Shown piece after piece: positions 19,154 through 25,836 of a stretch of DNA of 64,000 bases. The stretch's first letter is position 1. Each line of letters opens with the position of its first letter. The notes under the pieces were generated by a model. The model did no database searches. It saw only the letters and a list, made by a program, of their open reading frames with translations, and was not told the DNA's origin. This stretch comes from Planctomycetota bacterium (GTDB taxonomy: Bacteria; Planctomycetota; UBA1135; GCA-002748355). The stretch lies in contig JALUUL010000079.1 of assembly GCA_027021385.1 (NCBI GenBank), positions 126,329-190,328 on the forward strand, in the 5' to 3' direction. The translations under genes were made by a program, and so were the position numbers.

Positions 19154-19170
19154 TGCAAGGCACGTGCCGG
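19154..19170 (-). promoter_or_regulatory. Sigma54 -24/-12 promoter for ccsBA
   Basis: Minus strand CCGGCACGTGCCTTGCA, a near-perfect match to TGGCACGNNNNTTGCW. Confidence 0.82.
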
Positions 19171-19344
19171 GAAGCGGCCTTTTTTCGATCGGATTTCCCG
19201 AAGAGAAGGAAGGTGGACGATCTGCCGAAGTCTCGGCGAGTCTGCCAAGAACTCGTCGTCACGGAGGATTGATTCAGGAAAAAATGCCGTGGCCCCTTCC
19301 GGGGTGGGGTATTTTTCCATGCCTGCCCGAGCCTCGCAAAACTT

Positions 19345-19363
19345 TGTCATCGCAATGTCATCG
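19345..19363. promoter_or_regulatory. 11-bp-spaced direct repeat TGTCATCG (Pho-box/OmpR-family-like operator)
   Basis: TGTCATCG at 19345-19352 and 19356-19363, in the divergent ccsBA/omcE-like intergenic region. Confidence 0.45.
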
Positions 19364-19431
19364 AATGCATGGCGGGGACCCGGAAAAGGATGCGGCAATT
19401 GCGCACGAGGTCCGGGGCCGTCTTTTCCGGG

Positions 19432-19447
19432 TGGCCTGCTTGTTGCT
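19432..19447 (+). promoter_or_regulatory. Sigma54 -24/-12 promoter for the omcE-like gene
   Basis: TGGCCTGCTTGTTGCT (GG-N10-GC), about 120 bp upstream of the start. Confidence 0.75.
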
Positions 19448-19567
19448 CTTCTCCCGGTCGCTCACCTCGGAGGCGGCTCCGAGGAGCCCGCCTAGGGGCG
19501 GGAAGACGAGAAACTGAAAACCGTTCGTTGGACACCTTCCCTGCCACAGATGGAAAGGATGAAAGTC

Positions 19568-20251
19568 ATGAAACTAACCGCCGGACTCCTGTCCTTGGGT
19601 TGCCTGATCGCGCTGAGCGCCCCCGCTTCTGCGCAGATCAAGAACTCCACCCACGACTTCAGCACGAAGACCTGGAACTTCCGTGCGGAAATTTGCCGGG
19701 TCTGCCACGTTCCTCACGACCATGACTACACCACCAAGCGCGGCCTTGTCTCAGGTCTGTTGTGGAACCACGCGCTCTCCAGCGCGACCTACACGATGTA
19801 TACCAGCCCCTCCCTGGATGGAGCCATCGACTCCGCGCCGACCGGGACCTCGAAGCTCTGCCTCGGCTGCCATGACGGCACTGTCGCCCTCGACGCCTTC
19901 GACAAGAACCCGGACAACTGGGTCGGCAGCTACCTCGGCGGCAGCGCCCGGGTGCCGGGGAGCAACTACTGGAGCGGCAGCACCGGCGACTTGAGGGCCA
20001 CGCACCCGATCTCCATCGTCTACGACGAGACGAAGGACAAGGGGCTGGCACCGAAGACCACGACCTTCGGCGGCTCCGGGACGATCGCGGACGTCCTCGA
20101 GGGTGGGACCAAGGTCCAGTGCTCGACCTGCCACGATGTCCACAACGAAGCGGGCGAGGCCGTTCCCGGCACCCACCTGCTCCGCATCGCCCAGACCACG
20201 GCACAGGGCGGCACGGCTTCCGGGCTCTGCCTCACCTGCCACGTGAAGTAA
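19568..20251 (+). CDS. OmcE-like tetraheme cytochrome c (candidate nanowire subunit)
   Basis: Signal peptide ending ASA-Q. The mature chain IKNSTHDFS..ICRVCHVPH..LWNH..YTMYTS..SKLCLGCHDG..DL..THPI..VQCSTCHDVH..LLR..LCLTCHVK has the same motif order and similar length as Geobacter OmcE. GAAAGGA RBS; alternative starts 19550/19559. Confidence 0.88.
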   Translation: MKLTAGLLSLGCLIALSAPASAQIKNSTHDFSTKTWNFRAEICRVCHVPHDHDYTTKRGLVSGLLWNHALSSATYTMYTSPSLDGAIDSAPTGTSKLCLGCHDGTVALDAFDKNPDNWVGSYLGGSARVPGSNYWSGSTGDLRATHPISIVYDETKDKGLAPKTTTFGGSGTIADVLEGGTKVQCSTCHDVHNEAGEAVPGTHLLRIAQTTAQGGTASGLCLTCHVK

Positions 20252-20276
20252 CGCATATCCATCCTCTGAGGTGGGA

Positions 20277-20309
20277 AAGGGCGCCGGACCCTTCGGGTTC
20301 GGCGCCCTT
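20277..20309 (+). terminator. Strong stem-loop after the omcE-like gene (terminator or mRNA-stabilising hairpin)
   Basis: AAGGGCGCCGGACC-CTTCG-GGTTCGGCGCCCTT, 14-bp stem with one G-U pair; no long U-tract. Confidence 0.65.
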
Positions 20310-20460
20310 CGCATGTCCGGATCGGATCTTGCTCCGTTGCTTTCCGGCGGAACCCGAGAGGCCCGTGAGTGCCGTTCCGGCCGGGAACGAGCTGCGGCTT
20401 TTTCCCGCTCCGGGGGGCCGCTAGCCTGGAGCCGTCCCTCTCCTGGAGAGCCTGAATACG

Positions 20461-21690
20461 ATGAACCCTTCCTTCCAAGCCAGCATGCGCCGGTTTTCGA
20501 GAGCCTGTCGGTTCTCCCTCAGCTGCAGCGTCATCTTCCTCCTCGGATCCTGCGCCTCCGCGGGTTCGAGGGAGGGGGAGCAGGAGAAGGTCTTCTACCC
20601 CGAACCGCCCGATCCTCCGAGGATCCAGTTCCTGATGGCGATCGCCGACGGTGAAGACCTGGAGGGAGGACCCTCCGGTCTGGACAGCCTCCTCTTCGGC
20701 GGGAAGAAGAAAGGAGGCAAGCCCCTACTGCGGCCCTTCGGGGTGACCTTCCATGAGGGAAAGGCCTACATCACGGACACCCGTCTCGGAGTCGTGATCA
20801 TCGCCGACCTCGAGAAGAAGAAGGTGGACCTCGCTCCCGTCAAAGGAAGAGGGCGGACGATGAAGCCGATGGCCGTCGAAGTACTCGAGGACGGTCGGAT
20901 CCTCGTTGCGGACGCCGGCAGGCGCCAGATCGTCTTCTACGACCGGAACTGGAAGTACCAGGCGGAATGGGGTCCCTTCGGCAAGGGGAGCGTCCCCGTC
21001 GACGTGAAGGTCAAGGGGAACCGGGTCTACGTCGTCGACGGGAACCGGAAGGGGGGAAGCCTCCGTGTGCTGGACCTGAAAACGGGGAAGGAACTGTTCG
21101 TTCTGGGGAAGAAGGAGACCCGGGCCGAATTCCTCCGGGGTCCGACGAGCGTAGCAGTCGATGACAAGGGATTCATCTACGTCGTCGACACGATCTACTG
21201 CCAGGTCTACGTCTGGGACAAGGACGGAAATTTCGTCCGCCACATCGGAGAACCGGGGGACATGGCGGGGCAGTTCGGGCGCCCCAAGGGGATCGGGGTC
21301 AGCGAGAACCTCCTCTTCGTCCTGGACACAGCCTTCGAGAACTGTCAGCTCTTCGATCTGGACGGGCGGATCCTGATGTTCTTCGGTGGGCCGGGGACGG
21401 GTCCCGGTCAGATGTACATGCCCGCGAAGATCTGGGTCGGGGACGAGGGTCTCGAATACTTCAAGGACAGGATCGATCCGGATTTCAAAGCCGAACATCT
21501 GATCCTCGTGACGAACCAGTTCGGCCCGAACAAGCTTGCATTCTACGCGTTGGGTCACCACAAGAAGTTCAAGTATCCGAAGAGCGAGCTACCGGAAGTT
21601 CCCTCCAAGCAGGCCCCCGAGGAAGATCCCGCGAAGAAGGGGCCCGGCGCCCCCCGAAAGGGAGCCGGGTCCGGGGAAATGCTGGACTAG
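20461..21690 (+). CDS. NHL-repeat beta-propeller lipoprotein
   Basis: LLGSC lipobox, FYPEPPDPPRIQFL, NHL blades (GPTSVAVDDKGFIYVVD, QFGRPKGIGV). Confidence 0.9.
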   Translation: MNPSFQASMRRFSRACRFSLSCSVIFLLGSCASAGSREGEQEKVFYPEPPDPPRIQFLMAIADGEDLEGGPSGLDSLLFGGKKKGGKPLLRPFGVTFHEGKAYITDTRLGVVIIADLEKKKVDLAPVKGRGRTMKPMAVEVLEDGRILVADAGRRQIVFYDRNWKYQAEWGPFGKGSVPVDVKVKGNRVYVVDGNRKGGSLRVLDLKTGKELFVLGKKETRAEFLRGPTSVAVDDKGFIYVVDTIYCQVYVWDKDGNFVRHIGEPGDMAGQFGRPKGIGVSENLLFVLDTAFENCQLFDLDGRILMFFGGPGTGPGQMYMPAKIWVGDEGLEYFKDRIDPDFKAEHLILVTNQFGPNKLAFYALGHHKKFKYPKSELPEVPSKQAPEEDPAKKGPGAPRKGAGSGEMLD

Positions 21691-21699
21691 GCCGCGAAC

Positions 21700-23154
21700 T
21701 TGACGAACGACGCTCCGCGATCGACCGGGGAAACCGCCGCCTCTCCCTCTTCCACCGAGGAGAAGAAGGTCCTCGGTCCTCTCCTCAGGAAAGGCGAGGC
21801 GGGGGGGCTGCCATCCTCGATGGCCTGGTTGATCCAGTTGCGCTGGATCGCGGTCCTCTGCGTCTCCCTGACCCTCGTCCTGGCTTTCGGACTGGGGGTC
21901 ATCGACCACCTCCTTCCCCCCCTGGGCGTGGTCTTCGGGCTGTCCCTGTTCAACGCGACGCTCTGGGCCGCAGGGAGGAAGCACCTTCCGATCGCCATCC
22001 CGGGGCCTCCCAAGAGCCGATACCGGCGTGTGATCGCCCTGCAGCTCCATGTGGACCTGTTCGCCCTCACGCTCCTGTTGCATTGGTCGGGCGGGGTCGA
22101 GAACCCGTTCTCCCTGTTCTACCTTTTCCACATCGCGATCGGTTCGATCCTCCTGACCACGAGGCAGACCGCCGTGCTCGTCGCCAGCGGTTGCCTGATG
22201 TTCTGTGTCCTGAGCCTCGGGGAATACGGGGGATTCCTGGAACACCATCCGATCAAGCTGATCTCGGGGATCGACGGAGAGGACTCCTCCCTGCTTGCGA
22301 TCTCCCCTTTCTTCGTGCTTGGAAAGGTCTTCGCGACCTGCCTGACGATGGTCGGAGTCGCCTTCTTCCTCCAATCGGTCGTGCGCCGGCAACGGGAAGC
22401 GGAGATCCTCCGCCGGCAGCACGAGAGGATCGCCGTCTCGAGGCAGCGCCTGGCCCGGATCGGCGAGATCTCCGCCGGGCTCGCTCACAGCATCCGCAAT
22501 CCCCTCCATGGCGTCCTCAACTGCCTCGAGATGGTTCCCGAGGAGGCTCTGGATGAGTCTGATCGAGAGAACCTCGCGCTGATGAGGGAGGGTTTGTACC
22601 GGATCCAGGGAGTCACGGACCGCCTCTTGGTCCTGACGCGGGACGCCCCTCTCCGGAGGCAACCGGGCGATCTCATCGACCAGGTTCGGGAGCTGATCCG
22701 TTACGTCGAGCCCCAGGCCGCGAAGGCGGGGATCGAGATTCGGTCCGAACTGGCTCCCGTTCCCTCCCTGATGCTCGATCCGGACCGCATCCACGAGGTC
22801 CTTTTCAATATTCTCGACAACGCCCTCGACGCCTGCCGGGAATCCGGCGGCCGGCGGATCACGATCCGTGGGGGCACGGCGTCAGGGGACGGCGGCAAGG
22901 CCTTCATCGAGATCGAGGACGAGGGGCCGGGCCTCGAGGAGGGCTGGATCGAGAAGATTTTCGACCCCTTTTTCACGACGAAGGCCATCGGAGAGGGAAC
23001 TGGCCTCGGACTTGCAATCGCAAGGAGGGTCGTGGAAGAACATGGAGGCCGGATCCTCGTCCGGAGCAAAAAGGGCAGGGGGTGTTGCTTCAGGGTCGAG
23101 CTTCCTCTCGGGGACCGGCCTCTGGCCCAGGAACTCGAAGGGGAGGACGCATGA
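21700..23154 (+). CDS. Membrane sensor histidine kinase with a RegB-type GGxxNPF motif
   Basis: About 6 TM helices with SGGVENPF; H-box AGLAHSIRNPL; N, G1, F and G2 boxes (NILDNALDA, DEGPG, IFDPFFTTK, GTGLGL). Confidence 0.92.
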   Translation: MTNDAPRSTGETAASPSSTEEKKVLGPLLRKGEAGGLPSSMAWLIQLRWIAVLCVSLTLVLAFGLGVIDHLLPPLGVVFGLSLFNATLWAAGRKHLPIAIPGPPKSRYRRVIALQLHVDLFALTLLLHWSGGVENPFSLFYLFHIAIGSILLTTRQTAVLVASGCLMFCVLSLGEYGGFLEHHPIKLISGIDGEDSSLLAISPFFVLGKVFATCLTMVGVAFFLQSVVRRQREAEILRRQHERIAVSRQRLARIGEISAGLAHSIRNPLHGVLNCLEMVPEEALDESDRENLALMREGLYRIQGVTDRLLVLTRDAPLRRQPGDLIDQVRELIRYVEPQAAKAGIEIRSELAPVPSLMLDPDRIHEVLFNILDNALDACRESGGRRITIRGGTASGDGGKAFIEIEDEGPGLEEGWIEKIFDPFFTTKAIGEGTGLGLAIARRVVEEHGGRILVRSKKGRGCCFRVELPLGDRPLAQELEGEDA

Positions 23155-24542
23155 AGCCGAATCTGCAAGTCCTCGTTGTGGACGACGACCGGATCAGCCG
23201 CCTGACGACTGCGCAGCGATTGCGGAAAGGGGGGTACGGCGCGGATGCCGTCGAGAATCCCTTTCTGGCTCTCCAGAGGCTCGGCGAGGAGCGCTGGGAC
23301 GTCGTGCTCACGGATCTGCGCATGCCTCGCATGTCAGGCATCGAGTTCCTGAAGAAGGTCAAGGAGAAGCATCCGGAAGTCGAAGTCATCTTGATGACGG
23401 CCTTCGCGACGGTCGAGACGGCAGTCGAAGCGATGCAGTCGGGCGCGTCGGACTATCTCGTGAAACCCTTCCGGTTCGAAGAGTTGGATCTACGTCTGAA
23501 GAAACTGCAGGAGCTGAAGGAAGCGCACAAGGAACTCGACCATCTCCATGCGATCCTCGGTGATGCGAAGGGTTTCGGAGGGTTGGTCGGGCATTCCCCC
23601 CTGATCCGTGAGGTCTATGAGAGGATCCAGATCTTCGCGGATCATGACGCTCCGGTCCTGATCACCGGGGAGACCGGGACGGGAAAGGAACTGGTCGCGC
23701 GGGCGCTGCACCAGGGGAGTTCGAGGGCACAAGGCCCCTTCGTGCCGATCGCCTGCGGGACAATCCCTCCGGAACTGGCGGAAAGCGAACTCTTCGGCCA
23801 TGAGAAAGGAGCGTTCACCGGCGCCCACCAGCGCAGGGAGGGAAGCTTCGGGCGGGCGGACGGCGGCACCGTCCTGCTCGACGACATCGATGACCTGCCC
23901 TTGAACATCCAAGTCAAGCTGCTCCGCGTCCTCCAGGAAGGGACCCTGATCCGGGTCGGGGGGACGGAGGAGATCCGGATCGACGTCCGCGTGATCGCGA
24001 CGACGAAGGTGGACCTCGCCGAGGAGGTCGAGCACGGCAGGTTCCGGGACGACCTCTTCTATCGACTGCGGGGCCTGGAGATCCGCCTGCCTCCGCTCCG
24101 AGAGCGGGGGGAGGACGTGCTCCTGCTCGCCAAACACTTCATCGATCTCGTCGCTTCCCGGGAGGGGAAGGAACCGAAGCCCTTGTCCCTCGAGGCCGCC
24201 CGACTGCTCCGGGAATACCACTGGCCCGGCAACGTGCGTGAGTTGCGCCGGGCGATGGAGTCGGCCTTCATCTTGTGCCGGGGCGAGGAGATCCTTCCCG
24301 AGCATTTCCCCGCCTTTCTGCCCCGCCGGAGGGGGGAGCCCGGGAAGGATCTCCAACCTTTCTCCCTCCACCTCGACGGGCTCGAGCGCATCGATTTCAA
24401 CGAGATGGTCCAGACCTTCGAGGATGCGATGATCCTTTGGGCCCTTTCTCAAGCAGGCGGGCAGCAGACGAAGGCGGCGGAACTCCTCGGCCTCCCTCGC
24501 ACGACCTTTCAGAGCAAGCTGAACCGTACCCATCCCGGGTGA
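23151..24542 (+). CDS. Sigma54-dependent response regulator (NtrC/AtoC family)
   Basis: Receiver domain, GETGTGKE Walker A, ESELFGHEKGAFTGA, WPGNVREL, Fis-type HTH; ATGA overlap with the kinase. Confidence 0.95.
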   Translation: MKPNLQVLVVDDDRISRLTTAQRLRKGGYGADAVENPFLALQRLGEERWDVVLTDLRMPRMSGIEFLKKVKEKHPEVEVILMTAFATVETAVEAMQSGASDYLVKPFRFEELDLRLKKLQELKEAHKELDHLHAILGDAKGFGGLVGHSPLIREVYERIQIFADHDAPVLITGETGTGKELVARALHQGSSRAQGPFVPIACGTIPPELAESELFGHEKGAFTGAHQRREGSFGRADGGTVLLDDIDDLPLNIQVKLLRVLQEGTLIRVGGTEEIRIDVRVIATTKVDLAEEVEHGRFRDDLFYRLRGLEIRLPPLRERGEDVLLLAKHFIDLVASREGKEPKPLSLEAARLLREYHWPGNVRELRRAMESAFILCRGEEILPEHFPAFLPRRRGEPGKDLQPFSLHLDGLERIDFNEMVQTFEDAMILWALSQAGGQQTKAAELLGLPRTTFQSKLNRTHPG

Positions 24543-24786
24543 AACGCCGAACTCTCGGCATGGTTGCCGGTGGGGCGGCAGATTTTGTAAGTTGCTGCCA
24601 GAAGGCCGCTTGTGGACTTCACGGAAGTCATGAGTCCGTGGTGCGCCGAAAAACCGGCAGGGGTGTCGGTCGGGGGAAGCCGGCCGAGGGGCCGATGGTC
24701 GAGGCACCCTGCGGCGGGTTCCCCGGGGCGTTCCGAGAAGACCGCGGGAAAGGAGTCGGGCCATCGGAATGCCCGACCCTCGGGAT

Positions 24787-24863
24787 TGGTGGGCGATACT
24801 GGACTTGAACCAGTGACCCCTAGCTTGTCGAGCTAGTGCTCTAGCCAACTGAGCTAATCGCCC
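24787..24863 (-). tRNA. tRNA-Val(GAC)
   Basis: Minus strand GGGCGATTAGCTCAGTTGGCTAGAGCACTAGCTCGACAAGCTAGGGGTCACTGGTTCAAGTCCAGTATCGCCCACCA: full cloverleaf, anticodon GAC, A73, encoded CCA. Confidence 0.95.
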
Positions 24864-25140
24864 TTTCGGAGTGCCGCTCCACGGAGGTTCACGTCCCCGC
24901 GGGCCGGACATCGAAGCGGGTGTTCGGGGCCCATGCAAGCCCTTTCCGTTCGCTCTTCTCCTGGGACGGGGAAGGGATGGGGGGCGGTGCGGCTCCTACT
25001 CGGAAGCTCGAATCCCCTTCCCAACGAGCTTTCGGCGGGCGTTGACGCGGAGGGGGGAAGGGGAATACTGGCCGGGCCCTTTCTCCTGATCCTCGCGGCG
25101 CAGTGATCCTCCGCCCGGGAACCGCGGTCCGCCATTCTCG

Positions 25141-25836
25141 ATGAACCTCGACCTGGATGTACGAGTCCCGTCTTCCGGCGAACCCCGGCGTGTGGATTGC
25201 GCGGGGATCCAGATCCTGTTCGAGCGCAGCATGCGCGGGGTCCGGGTCGTGGCCCTGGAAAGCGATCCGATCTGGAAGGCCGTTCTCGGGCTTCCGGAAA
25301 CGGGGGTGATCCGGATCGCCCCGAGGCTTCCCCGGCATCCGCTCGAATGGGAACTCGAGAGTCGCGTCCTCCTCGTGCCTGGGGGGAGGGTCCGAGGCTG
25401 GTTGAAGGTTCCGGTACTCCTTCACCTCTTCTGGGTCGAACCCGGCCGGGACCCTCTCCCGCTGGCCGTTCTTCCGGATGCCTCGTTGAAGACCGGCTGG
25501 AGGGAGGAAGGCGGCTACTTCCACCCATGGTCCGCTCCCCTCAGCGAAGGACCGTGGGGAGGGAGGACGCTCCCCTCCCGGCGATGCTGGGTGCGGGTCG
25601 TCCTCGAACAGAGTTCCGAGGGAGGACCGGAGGCTTTCCCGATCGAGCGGCTCGGCCTGCACTTCGAGGGGCTTTCCCCGAAACGTCTGCGGGGGGATCT
25701 GATCGGACCCTGCGTCCGGTGGACCCGGGGGCCGGGAGGCGGCCAGCGCCTGCGGCTCCTTCCCGAATGGGGGAACGGGGATCTCCCCCAGCGTCCCATA
25801 CGGTCCGCGGTCCGGAAGGAGGCCGCGCCGCGATGA
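25141..25836 (+). CDS. Hypothetical protein (weak DUF432-like appearance)
   Basis: Protein-like composition; stop overlaps the next ATG (ATGA). Family call is tentative. Confidence 0.55.
   Translation: MNLDLDVRVPSSGEPRRVDCAGIQILFERSMRGVRVVALESDPIWKAVLGLPETGVIRIAPRLPRHPLEWELESRVLLVPGGRVRGWLKVPVLLHLFWVEPGRDPLPLAVLPDASLKTGWREEGGYFHPWSAPLSEGPWGGRTLPSRRCWVRVVLEQSSEGGPEAFPIERLGLHFEGLSPKRLRGDLIGPCVRWTRGPGGGQRLRLLPEWGNGDLPQRPIRSAVRKEAAPR

Noticed and set aside
24580-24605. AT-richer TTTTGTAAGTTGCTG segment as an IHF site or attachment core
   Set aside because: The match to consensus is weak and no second copy or integrase is visible.
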